This document shows, one piece after another, positions 10,901 through 23,468 of a DNA stretch of 64,000 nt. The position numbers and the translations under genes were made by a program. Position 1 is the stretch's first letter; the number at the start of each line of letters is the position of its first letter. Source of the DNA: Epiperipatus broadwayi (taxonomy: Eukaryota; Animalia; Onychophora); assembly GCA_028023455.1 (NCBI GenBank), contig JAQFVV010000005.1:9052001-9116000 (forward strand). The letters run 5' to 3'. A model generated the notes under the pieces. That model saw nothing but the letters and a program-made list of their open reading frames with translations, was not told where the DNA came from and did no database searches.

Positions 10901-13900
10901 AAACTCATAATAATGTTAATTTTCGTTGTACATATAAAAGCAGACTAGTTTTTTCCTAATAAAAATGATTTTATGAATGGTATTCAACGTCATATAGATA
11001 AACAGTAATTTAAATGTCGATTTTGTTTTAATAATTTCTAAATTAAAAGTTCTTATTCACCGATTTAAAATTGTAGAAAATCTCAGTGAACTGAATAGAT
11101 TGTATGAAACGTCAATTCTTTTAATATTTAATTCCTAGTCTGAGAATTTATATTTTATTTAAGAATATACATTCTAAGGTGTAATATTGCTGGTTACTAT
11201 CTGGATTGGTCATACAGTTTCGGTTTAATTGCTAATTAATGGCTGTGACCATCATTCTCCGTCGGCCACGCTAAATAAATACTCTCAAAAAAATATTTAA
11301 TAAGTCTTTCATTGTATTAGATAAGCATAAGTATAATTTGCAGCGGTAATCCAGGAATTTAGTCTATTATATTCTATTTTAAAGACAGATTAGTTAATTC
11401 TATACATTTATATAAATTAAGCATTATAGTTGTGCCCGAAAAGATTACATAAATAATAAAAGATCGGGGCAATCTATACAAAGCTCTACAATCTATTTGT
11501 TTCGTACTGAATAGAACTCTCTGGGATAGTAATTACCTCTTAAGTTGATTGTTGATATTAATTCTAAGCTGGCAAGCCTTATATATTTGAGATTATATTA
11601 TTCTCGCATTCTCTAGAGCAGTACTTTTCAAACTTCTTGATATGAGGGCCCTGAAAAACCATAATATATTCCCTGGTACCCATCGACTAACAATATATTT
11701 ACAAACTAATATATATATATAGTGTTTTTATGAAAATGGGGATAATAAAAAAAATGTTACATTTGAGAAAAATTATAGTATGTGAATACTTTTATAACAA
11801 AGTAACTACATTTTATTTAGATATGTATATTGTAATGGTACTGGATTGCCGAAGGTAAGAACAAGGTGGTAGCCTCTCACTATCATCAGATTTGAGGTTT
11901 TCATATAGAATGCTATGGATAAAATGATTTAATTTTAATCTAAAATTGAATTCATTTCAAACAGAATGATTTAAAATCAAATATTTAATATGGACAGAAT
12001 TTAAACTAAATCATTCAATCTTTACCTTTTTAATTGTTCTGTTATGCTCAGAATTCAAACCCGGATAGGTTTTGCATTTAATTCTCTTCAGGGCTTTCTA
12101 TCAATTCAAGAGCAATAACTACTTAATATAATCTCAATATATTTTTAAAATTTATTTCAAAGAAGCTATTAGGATATTAAAAAGTATAATATATGTGTGT
12201 GGATATATATATTTAACTTGATTTTGTTTTGTAAAATGAATAAATAAATTAGAAACTGCTTTAAATTTAAAATAAACTTTAATAATATTTATTAACGAAT
12301 AATAATTCAAATTTATTTAATATAACAAAAAAAATTATCATAAGTATTTTACTTACATCTCGACTATTTTATAATATTAAATAATTAATACCTTTCCATA
12401 TTCCCATAGTAGATATGTATCTCATAACATGAACAGATTCTAATAATTTATAATATAAACAAATTTTTATAATTTACAAAAAAAAAAAATTATAAAAATG
12501 CTAAACTAGCTAATCTTGATTTAATTCATATACAAATAAATAGTAATATTATACAATCTGTATGAGAGAATAAATAGTAATATTATACAATCTGTATGAG
12601 AGAATTCCAATTTTATGAGATCGTTCCTATGTATAGTCATCATGAAGACATATAAAATCTTTCATACAAGATATTAGTCATTTACACAACCAATAACAAA
12701 TAAACATTATCATATTAATTAAATTAGTAATAACAAAGTTCTATCATGTCATGAATAAATCCAATATGAAGAATGATAAACTATTATCTTCGTATCAAGT
12801 TTATTTTTATACCGCAGTTCATACCTCAGTCAAGTCACTTTCATTGAAAACTTAAATTTTATTAAATATAAAATAAAATATTTGGCTTCATGATCTTCTA
12901 TTCCTTTTCATTTAGTCTTTCTTAAATGAATTATTCCAATGGCAAATGGATTTTAATAACAAAGGAAATAAAATTAAATATTTTTAAATGACGATTTGCA
13001 AAGATGCTGTGATATAATAAAAGTTTATATTAGTGTCCTATTCATTTTCATATTTGCAAAGTAATGTTCATTAAAAATAAAGTTCTTTATTTTTTGGTCA
13101 TTAATCATTGCAGAGGCAATCCAGATATCCAGTTGTTCCAAAACATTCTTCTTTTATGATGTTGATATCTTCCAGAAATGATTACATTACCAATTGGAGT
13201 TTCCCTTAAATTATATAGATGAAATTTAATAACTTTAGGCATTTCAATAGGAATAAGTAATTACATCTATCTTTGGTTAAAGCAGTAGCATTATATCCTA
13301 TGACAAGTGGTGTTTACTCACTATGCATTTTTTGATAGGTATAATCTTAAATTAATTTTGGTTTAAGTATATAAATGTTTTCTGAAGAAATTTATCTGTT
13401 TCAGAATTCCAAATTAGAACGATTTTATAAGCTTTTCAAAGTAAACATAATTTCATTTGGAAATATGAATAATATTAATAAAAAGTAATTTATTTACTCT
13501 TCTATTTGAGTGATATTAGAATTTGTTTTCTAATAAAGCTTTTATCAATAAGCAAATTGTTCAAATTAATCTATCTTTTCAAGGAATTCTATATTTGAAC
13601 ATAATAAAATTATTGTACATAGTGACTAGTACATCGACAAAAGATAGAATTTTTTAATAAATTATCTAATTCAGTGTTTATAGTAGAATCAACTTCCGGT
13701 AGGATGTATTACATATATCATTTGGTTTTCATGATTTTTACATTCTATAATTGTTAATTATATTAATAATCAAATAATTGGATTTAATTTCATTTCCTTT
13801 GTATTAGTTGCTAGGCTGTGACTTGACCTTAAGGTTATCTCTATGTCAACGTCTTGGTTCATGAATAAATGAATGAAAAATAATTATTTTTAATTGTTTT

Positions 13901-13959
13901 GATCTTATTAAAACAACTATATATAAAAAGAAATAATGTATATACTAATCATATATACT

Positions 13960-14197
13960 TATCACATGATCACTATCTCATACTAGCACATAATTGTTAT
14001 TAAACAATTCAAAAGAAAGCAAAACTCTCCATATAGTAGTGCCTTCTTGTGCTAACAAGAGCAATCAATGGATGCCAGAAGGCATATGCATAAAATCCCT
14101 ATCTAGTGCCTACTCATCCAATATCCCCAGACTAGTTTCTGGCTTGTGGTCTTCATCAGTGAGGAGCCCTGGATCTGAGAGCACTGCACCTAGATCT
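13960..14197 (-). mobile_element. Diverged solo family B copy with hammerhead (CUGAUGA core)
   Basis: Aligns to the 5634-5870 part of the B array and begins at essentially the same terminus (..ATCACATGATCAC). No TSD found. Confidence 0.8.
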
Positions 14198-14599
14198 ATC
14201 TTAAGATAATTTTACATACTCTCACAATACATTAATAGCTTTATGTGTACATAACATATATAAATATGAAAAAAAATAGTGAAACAAGTTACTAACAATA
14301 TACAATAATAGCTTTTGATAATCTGTAACTATAATTTTCCTTCTTTTCTTTAAGTATGTAATTCTATGAATAACATTAATACAAGAAAATATTACATAAC
14401 CCCCCTCCCCCAGTTCGACAGTAATGCTCAGTAAATTATTTATTTGTCTGACAGAATGTAATTGTTTTTTGTATTAGTGAATAATGACATTCATTTTGAA
14501 TAACTAATATTTAATAAGATGGATGTGACTGGATATTACAGAGATTTAATATCTGGCAAAGTATTTGAAATTGCAACTCTTAATTTTTTTTTAATATTT

Positions 14600-16892
14600 C
14601 TTATGATACACCTGATTTATTTTTATTCTTAATTAGTAAAAATGATGAAAAAGGAATTTCATGTCAATAAGTTGAAGCAAAATGAAAGGAATCATATCTG
14701 CAAATCCAAAGTTCTAATATATCAGAATTATAAAATTCTGTTTTAAGTATCGTATTTGCTTTTATTTCTATTAATTGTTTCTGAGATGATCATAATAGAT
14801 GTTGAAATTCTAATAAAAGAGTAAATGGTAGTTTTATCCAATTATATTCTTTGTTTTCATCTAAATTAGTAAAATACTTTTTGGAAAAAATCATACAATT
14901 CTCAAGGTGATTAATTATGATATTTCTATCAAAATATTATTTTCTTTAATAAATTTATGGAGAGAGAGGAACATTTCTGTATTACAATTTTTAAAACTAT
15001 GACCATGCAAATAGTTTACTTAGGGAAGCTTGCAATCATGTATTTAGGCATAATATATTTGTACTCTGTCCTTGCAAATTCAATTCTTTCAGTCTTTCGA
15101 AAAAAATTATCCATAAGAAATTAACAACAATCACTTTTGATCACAAAACTGGATTACACAGAGGCTAAACTCTTCATATAGCACCACCAGTGCAAGCTAC
15201 TGTATGGAGAGTTTAGCCTGTGCAAAACAGCTTGTGTAAGCATAAGAAATTGTGATCATGTGATGTTTAGTGGTTTAAAACTGGATTGCTAATTTATGGT
15301 TTTTATCGATTAGAAAAATTCTCAATTCATTTTTTAATGATAGAACCCTTTTTTCCACAAAATAACCATCTCACTTTTGTATGCAAAAGTGTTTCATAAT
15401 TAGAATACATCTATTGGAATAAAATATGGAACAGTTCTTGTATTGATAGCATTATTTTTTATATAATTTACTACATTCATAACTTCTGATTGTTATTTAC
15501 TAACAGATTCTTCCATTTATCGAAAAACTAAATTTTTCCTGAGAATAATGCAATGAATGTGTCTTGCATTCTGGCAAACTTTTTTAGCCTCTGTTACAAA
15601 TTCCGATATTCTGCCAGTCATAGCTGCAGAACCATCAGTGCAAATTCTAATACCCTTTTTCCAATCAAGTGCATTTTTTATGAAAAAAATTATTTACTTT
15701 TTCAAATATATCTTACCTCTTGGTTGTTTCCAAGTAGATTTTTTGCAAAATAGATCTTTATGAATTTGAAAATTATGCAGATATCTCACAAAAACCATTA
15801 AATTATAATTGTTTGTATTGTCAGTTGATTTATAGAGTTGAATGGCAAAAAAGTGCTTTGTCTTATCTGTGACATTAAAGCAAACATAATATTATTGGCA
15901 ATAGAATCCTTTTAATTTTATTGTTGGACACGGGAATTTTCTTTAATGGTTCAGAAATTTTGGAACCATGAATCATTTCACAAAAGGTCTTTATGAATTA
16001 TATGGGGTTTTTTCATTTTAGCTATCTAATGAGCTATTTCAAAGGAGGCTTTCAGTAATTTTTCATTTAATTTTGTTTGTTTTGAAAAGAATGCTGATTA
16101 TCCTTTAAATTCTTCAGCTTTTCTTTGAAAAACTCTACTGTTTTATTTTTATATACAGCATGAATGTTTTCCAAGTGGCTAATAAATTTTCCCAGCCATT
16201 ACGCAATCATTGTGTGTTAGAATCATTGTTTGATCGAATAAATCTGTACTGTATATATGCAACATCATATTTTCATTTTTTTTCATTTGATATTTTTGTC
16301 GCTTACCTTCAGCTTTAAAATTCATTGTGGATTATGTTTCAATGTGACTAAGATGTTTTTGACAGACCAACATCATTCTCAGAAATATCTTTTGAAGTTT
16401 TTGTGATTGCCGGCTTATCTATTTTAATGGTTAATATGTTGAATCTCAATTAATTTAAATTTGTTATTGGTTAAATCACTGAATTTCACTGCAGTTTTCT
16501 TGCTATACACTCATACCTTCCTCCAACTTGCAAGAGGCACATGATAGACAGAGCATGTGTTGTATGTGTCAACATTACAACTAATCATTAGGCATTAGTG
16601 ACCCTAGTATTCATACAAAATACTTATGTATTAGTTCCAATGATAACTTTATAATTGTATGATCTCGTAAAATAATGACTGCATGGGATGTTTTGACAAA
16701 CTTAATCCATCAATTTGATAAATAATAAGATTTTTGAAGAATTAATTAATTTTTTTTTAAATGTGTTAATTTGGTCTTTATATATAAATTTGTTTTTACC
16801 AATGACTCACCACCACCGGAATTTTTTTGAGGTCCTTCACAACAAGTTTTGCAGTCCCTCGGAAACCACAGTGCACACTTTAATAAGCATGG
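14600..16892 (-). mobile_element. hAT (Charlie/ZBED5-like) DNA transposon fossil with fragmented transposase
   Basis: Minus-strand fragments read RKYDVAYIQY, FFAIQLYKSTDNTNNYNLMVFVRY and LDWKKGIRICTDGSAAMTG, matching Charlie-type FAIQLDESTD/LMVFVRY and CTDGAAAMTG motifs. A TIR-like end at 16892 abuts CTCTAGAA, consistent with the NTCTAGAN Charlie target preference. Many stops and frameshifts. Confidence 0.85.
15156..15276. mobile_element. Short inverted family B insertion inside the hAT fossil, 11-bp TSD
   Basis: AAAACTGGATT at 15145-15155 and 15277-15287. Internal hairpin between GGCTAAACTCTTCATA and TATGGAGAGTTTAGCC. Right end is GTGATCATGTGATGTTTAGTGGTTT. Confidence 0.75.
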
Positions 16893-17689
16893 CTCTAGAA
16901 TGTACTTGACTTCGAAGTGATAAATAATTTTTGACTGTTAATATAGATGTCTAGTTATTCTCATTCTATTACCATTAATTATTTAAATATGATAATTGTA
17001 TTTTGCTTACTCTTTAACTACTTATAGAAATATGTTACCGGCAATTTTACATTGTTCTATGAACATTTTAATTAAACTAATCCATAAGCATATTCTAATC
17101 TTTCATTACTTGATTATAGAAGTATTTTAATTCCTTTTATTTCTATTAGCACATTCTATAATTAGATTGGCATTTTTTTTTTTTACATTCATTATTTACA
17201 TACATCCTGTTCTAATAATTACTAACATGTATTTACTTTATAAACCAAGGGCAGGGCACTTCCAGTCCATGAACCAACTCTGCTTTGAAAGCTCTCAACC
17301 CAGCCCATGAACACTTTAAAAAATGTCTGTAAAATGACTGAATAAAACTATTTAAAGTTGTGTGTAGCGCAAATATTGAATTAAAAGTTAAGTAAAATAA
17401 AATATTTATTTTCTCATCTACATTTTTTTCACCAACTTTCATAATAGGTCTAATTCATCTTATCACAAGTGGCAATATTCCAAAAATTATTTGTGTTGTG
17501 TGATCTTTCTGATTATTGATTTAATCTAGAACACTGAGTATGTTTTGTTTGTTTGAATGGGAATTTTTGTAGATGAACATATAGTAACAAAAATAAAACT
17601 TGAAGTTTACTTCATTATGATTTTGCATTAATTTTTTTTATTAGGATGGCTATACTAAGTAAGATAAGAAAAATTGACTCAGAAAATCA

Positions 17690-18070
17690 TACATTTCAAA
17701 AGAACCCATGCATATATTTTTATAGAAAGAAATGATATGTCTGGAAAGTATTTCAGTTAATAAAGATCACAATATTAAGAGGCATTATTTATCAAAATAT
17801 TCTGATCATAACAAAATTGTTGAGAAATAAATAAATATTAAAATAAAAAACTTGAAAAGGAGCTTCATTACATGGCTGGCTTATATGTTTCTTAAAAAGT
17901 ACAAACGAATCAAAGTTATTTCCAAAAAAAGACAATATTTGAAAACATTTTCTAAAGGGAGGTTTATAAAAGACTGTATTCTAGCTGATAAAAATTAGTC
18001 TGTCCAAAACATAAAAAGAAATTTGAGAATATAAATGTCACAAAGATTACTTGCAAGATTAATTGAAAAA
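17690..18070 (+). mobile_element. Second hAT transposase remnant (GTF2IRD2/EPM2AIP1-like N-terminal part)
   Basis: Fragments read CLESISVNKDHNIKRHY and FSKGRFIKDCIL...CPKHKKKFENI, typical of this hAT group. Frame is broken. Confidence 0.6.
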
Positions 18071-19057
18071 ATTATCATTAAATGTGTTTATAATAATGAC
18101 ATACAAAAAATTATGGCCCTTGCTTAAAAAGGAAAAGTTGAAATTGACCTGCCAGTTGAAAAGATTACCCACACTTAATGATTAGAGGTAAATTAATTAA
18201 ACTTTTGGTCAAATATAGCAAAATAATTTTTAAGTCAATAATTCTGTATGGTCTGTGAATAATATTATAAATATCCAAATTGTCCTTGATAGAAAAGAAT
18301 TCCTCATTCCTGTTATAAATGGACATAATTCATTTACTTTGTAAACAAACAGCAATTTCTTTCCTCATTCTAGTAAATCGAGCTCCTTTAACTTGCATAT
18401 GTACTCTTTGAACTTTTATGCTGCTCTTCAAAATCTTCTTAGGGGTACTTCTGACTGAGGGTCTGTCTTTGGAGACTGCCTTACTTCTTGCATCTTTTTC
18501 ATTCTTTCTGTCATCTGATGCCTCTGTTTCTCTAGTAGTTTGTCTTCTTTGACTGGATTCATTCTGTAGACCTTGTTGTTCAACATTAGTCTCTAACTCA
18601 TAAACTTACAGTCTTGATTTCTGAGGTAGATTATGTGTCTGCACATCTCATCATCATCAACTCCATAAGAAATTGAATTACAAAATGAATTCATGGATTG
18701 AATATAAATAAGAATTTTTAGAAATATGATTTAACAAATAAACCAATATAATCCATAAAAAAGTAATTGATTGCAATAAATCTGTAGAAATTTAAATCCA
18801 AAAAAGATTTCCATATACTAGAAAATGATAAAAACGTATGCTGTAAAATCTATGCAGATGAAGTTTTATTTATGGCAAAAACTATTTGAAGTTAAAATCA
18901 TGGGAATAAATATTTAGGAATGAGGTCAAATACAAACCTACAAAATTAAAAAAAAAAATCTTTACTCAAATTATAGCTAGTATTTACTGCTTTTCCACTT
19001 CACCACTGGATGTCGCCCAGTGTTTGATAAATTACATCTGGCCAATATTATGCTTTA

Positions 19058-19934
19058 GATTAGAAAGAGAAAAACTTTAATCTTTTTTCACATGCACCTT
19101 AAACATTTGTATAATAGCCAAACAATGTAGTTTTTGACTGTAGAGGGACCTCAAACAACATCTCAAGATAAGGATTTTATAAAGATAAGAGCAGCCATCT
19201 TATTTTTAACCTTAATTCTTATTTATGTAAACTAATATGTGTGCTTAATAAATAATTCGAACATTACATTAGTTTCTATATTTCTATTAAAAAAGACCTT
19301 GATATTAACTTGCTGTAAATTGCAAGATTTCGTGTAAGTTAATTTGTAAAAGGAAATAGTGGATTTAAATGCGAAGTGAGTAATCTCTTCACGTTCTCAA
19401 ATCAAGATACTTCAGATTGATCTATATAAGTAAGAATTTAGGTTAAAGATAAGATGGCCATTGTTATCTTTATAAAGTCCCTATCTTATGTTGAGGTTTA
19501 AGAGATCCCTGTTTAAGCCGCATGTGGAAAAAGGTTAAAGCCTTTCTAATTACATAAATAATTAAAACATTAGTTTCTATATTTCCATTAAAAAGATCTT
19601 CATATTAATTTGCTGTAAATTGCAAGATTTTGCGTAAGTTGATTTATAAAAGGAAGTAATAAAATTTAAATGTGGAGAGAGTAGAAATCTCTTCACACTT
19701 TCAAATCAAGATGCTTCAGATTGGCCTATATAAGTATGAATTTACGTTAAAGATAAGATGACTTTATCTCTATAAAGTCCCTATCTTGTGTTGAAGTTTG
19801 AGAGGTCTGTCTATATTCAAAAACTATATCACTTTTCTATTATATAAATGTTTAAGGCATGTATGGAAAAGGTTAAAGCCTTTTTCTTTTTTAATTACAT
19901 ATTGCCCTTACACTCAATAAATAATTGGAACATT
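19058..19934. mobile_element. Family H: inverted arm plus ~2 tandem ~310-bp monomers, 13-bp TSD
   Basis: ATATTATGCTTTA at 19045-19057 and 19935-19947. About 19058-19250 is the reverse complement of the 3' part of the downstream monomers. Confidence 0.72.
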
Positions 19935-19949
19935 ATATTATGCTTTATA

Positions 19950-21290
19950 AATCCTTATGGTACAACATGTATTAATATTTAGATAGGGAATTGGAAGTTG
20001 TTGAAAGAAAAAAAATATGTATAGAGTAATAAAAGAATGAATGTAATTACCATTCAATATCATATTTTATTAATAATTATGAAATAATTATTTTGACCAC
20101 CGATAAAGAAATATATATGTGTAATTAAAAGAGATATATATTAAAACTATCTTTATTATCTATCTTATCTGTCAAAGCATTTTTTTAAAATTAAAGATGG
20201 CCGATAGGAATGCTGGATCATAATAAAAGATAATTAGAAGAGAACTTTAATTTTAATCTTGTAGAGAAAACAATATATAAATAAGTTTTTTTTTTTTATT
20301 GAATGTTTTTTGTTTGTAAAGTATTTTTTTTTTTCTGTTGTTAAGAGTATGTTATTGTACAGCCAGAATAAATTAAAAGAAAATACATATTAAAATAACA
20401 ATTGTGTGGAATTGATTACCCATAAGAATAAAGAAATTTAAACATCACATGATCACCATTTCTTATGCTTGCTTATAACTGTTATTAAAACAGACAAAGC
20501 TCACAAGCCAGAAGCTAGTCTGGGGATACTGGATGAGTAGGCACTAGATGGGGATTTTATGCACAAGCCTTCTGGCATCTATTGATTACTCTAGCTTGCT
20601 GTGTGTGGCAATACGCATAGTGAGTTTTGCCTGTTTTAAGGATAAAGAAAGAAAAGATGTGATAATGTTAGGAGGATATATAAAGTGTTACTCGACTTTT
20701 TAAAAAGTTTGAGTGTTTTTTTTTTATGGAAGTAGAATAAAAATCCAAAGAAAAATTAAAACCAAGCCATTTTATAAGAATTCCAGTGCCGTGCTAGTTG
20801 AAACCAAAATGATTTACCATATGGAAGTTCCTACCTATGTCGGATGATTGACCCAGACGCATAGCTAGATCCCGTATATGGTTGTCAATGCCTTCTGAAC
20901 CATACTGCTTAAATGACACTTTGAATCCTACCACCTATCTATATCACACCAAGTGTCCAAACAACTTTATACCGAACTAATCCCTGAAACAGAGATAAAA
21001 ATAATAGTAAAGATGCAATCTTAAAATCCATGGCCATGGAAACATTACAGACAGTTATATAAGAGAAAAATCTGCAGTAAGATCTAAGCAATATATAATT
21101 GTAAAAGCTTTCTTTTTACTTGATTCTTAATTGTTGATAAAATATATAAACTTTAAATGAACGAAATACAGCTTGACAATGAACTTTCTTAAAGAACTTT
21201 ATTATTTAACTAATATAAATAAATAATATAATATTTTGTATATGTATTCATACTAATTCATGCTAGTAATTGCATGTCATATATATATGC
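19950..21290 (+). repeat. Interspersed repeat C, copy 1 (~1.3 kb; second copy at ~24100-25260)
   Basis: Colinear similarity between the two regions, for example GTGTCCAAACAAC...AACTAATCCCTGAAAC and AAGATCTAAGCAATATATAATTG in both. Confidence 0.75.
20437..20641. mobile_element. Inverted family B insertion inside repeat C, 9-bp TSD
   Basis: ATAAAGAAA at 20428-20436 and 20642-20650. The paralogous C copy (~24600) shows the empty site. Contains a partial, decayed hammerhead. Confidence 0.8.
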
Positions 21291-22178
21291 CTTTGTTATT
21301 ATTATATAAGAAGAATGGACGGAGTTGAATATAATATAATTTTACTTTGTTGTTTATTTTATTAAATGTTTGTATTCAGCAATCTTCATAATTCTTTATT
21401 TACTTATAGTAAAGAATGTTAATATACTTTAGTAGTTTGCAATATTTAAATAGGAAAAAGATCCCCAAAAAGAAATTATAAATAATGATTTAACTAATAC
21501 CGAGATATTACATTTAGTGGAGGGCTAATACTGAATTAGTGCATTTAGTGGAGCAATTCACTGATGCTGGTGCCTAAAAAAAATAAAAGCTGTCTCATAT
21601 TTAAAAGGTGGTACTAGACCTAATAATAATATATTTACTTTTCTAGAACTTATAATATTACGACCTAATAATAATATATTTACTTTTCTAGAACTTATAA
21701 TATTACCACCCAGGGTTTGAATGACTAGGAAAGATATCATGGCTTCTGGGTAATTTACTAAATTGTTATTTGTGTGAGATCATGATTAGGTCATTCTAAA
21801 ATTTATTAATTTTATATATGCTTAGGATAGGGAAAAAATAAATATATAGGTGTGATTGTATGCTCATAGTTGATATATATAGGTTAAAACCCTGTATGAC
21901 ATGGGCACTATAGGGTAATATAACACCCAGTTTAATGGTAGCTGAAAGTGAGACTGTGAAAGTAAGGAGGAATCCATAATCTGAACTATATAAAATGGTA
22001 GTCAAGATAACCGGAGAGAACATTCATAACTTGTGAGAATTAGAAATAGTTGTATATTAGTAAAAAGAGATTAGGTCAATAAACAGCATGATTAAATTAT
22101 CAAAGAGTAAACAAGTAGGAAGGGGGATCGACAAATGTAAAAAGTATTAGAAATAAAATAAAAAGTGTGATTAATTGT

Positions 22179-22282
22179 CCAGCGTTGGTGGTCGAGAGGT
22201 CAGCACAACTACCTTACAAGCAGTTGTCCTGGTAAGCAATTCACTTCCCGGCCGATGCTATGACACATGAAAAAAAAAAAAA
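22179..22282 (+). mobile_element. tRNA-Gly(TCC)-derived retrocopy or short SINE with poly(A) and 10-bp TSD
   Basis: GCGTTGGTGGTCGAGAGGTCAGCACAACTACCTTACAAGCAGTTGTCC...TTCCCGGCCGATGC resembles metazoan tRNA-Gly-TCC. It has an A-tail and GATTAATTGT at 22169-22178 and 22283-22292. The T-arm is disrupted, so it is not a functional tRNA. Confidence 0.8.
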
Positions 22283-23024
22283 GATTAATTGTTAGAAATA
22301 AAAACAAAACATATTATTGTTAGTTATTAGAAATAAAACAATGTATTATTAATTATTGAAAATAAAACATTATTAATTGGAAATAAAGAAAATAGAGAAT
22401 AATATATATGAAATTGAGAGAGAAAAATAATTAAGGGCAATAAATCAGAAGTCAGCAAAATGAAAGTGAAGTAGAATATCTCTCATTTAGAAGCTGAATT
22501 AAAAATATGAAGGAATTTCATGCAGAAATGCTGATGAGATTTAAGATGGTAAATGAAAATAAGGATGTGACTAAAGAGATAAAAAGGTCAAGATTATATA
22601 GGGGAGAGAATGGACAATATGGCTAAGGAAATACCTCAAAGATTAAATAAGGAGTTAGTTAGCCTTAATAACAAAATCAAGTAAATAAAAATGAAAGTTA
22701 AGAATAATAAACAAGAAAATAAAGAAAAACTCCAGAGTATATGCAGGAGGACGTGGACTTAGTGCACCATGAAATTATAAAAATGATCATGAAGGTGCAA
22801 AAAGAGATTGATAGATTGGACAATTAATCAAAGAATTGCAAATGAAAGCTCATGATGAGAGCAGAAATGTGAAAATAAATCAGACAAGAATTTACACTCA
22901 GTTGTGAGCCAAATTTTAAACAAAGGTTTTTCTGGTCACACTATTGGATTACTCATAGAGCACCAGGGTAATGTAGAGAGATACTTTGAAATAAATCCCA
23001 TGATGAAAGGGGGATAAGCTAACT

Positions 23025-23468
23025 ATGGTTATTAGTCATTTGCAAGGTGCATCACAAGCATGGTGGAAATCCTTATTAGAGAATCCCAGTAGCTTCCAGC
23101 AGTACAAACAAGTATTAATGAGATGCATTTGGAATGAGGACAACCAAGAGGCTATAAAACATCAGGTTTCAGAAGAAAAATGTCAATCAGGTGAACCATA
23201 TGTGCCATTCTTGAACAGGCAGGTGGCTAAACTTTGGACTTTGTCAGCATGTCCACTGTCTGAGAATCAAATTATAAGGATAGTCGGGCATAGGTTTCCA
23301 AGTAACATGGAGCATCTGTTGATAGGTACGATGTATAAAACCATTGAGCAGATGGCAGATTTACTCTGTGCCATGCCTTTGACAACAAACCTGATAATGA
23401 AGAGGCCGGATGCAAACTCTTCAATAAATTTCCTTCTAGAAGGCATGATCAACAAATTAATGCCTTAA
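23025..23468 (+). pseudogene. Ty3/Gypsy-like LTR retrotransposon gag remnant
   Basis: The 147-aa ORF resembles a retrotransposon gag capsid domain (ASQAWW...IWNEDNQ...ENQIIRIVGHRFP). It is preceded by a decayed coiled-coil-like stretch (~22430-22870). No pol found. Confidence 0.6.

Noticed and set aside
11611-11640. CTCTAGAG plus Charlie-like TIR as the far end of the hAT fossil at 14.6-16.9 kb
   Set aside because: The 7/8 TSD match is expected from the NTCTAGAN target preference, the TIRs match only ~10/16, and it lies ~3 kb beyond the transposase end. It is probably a separate element.
18330-18610. ~90-codon charged open frame on the minus strand
   Set aside because: No start codon and no recognisable motif; likely a TE ORF1/gag fossil that cannot be assigned.
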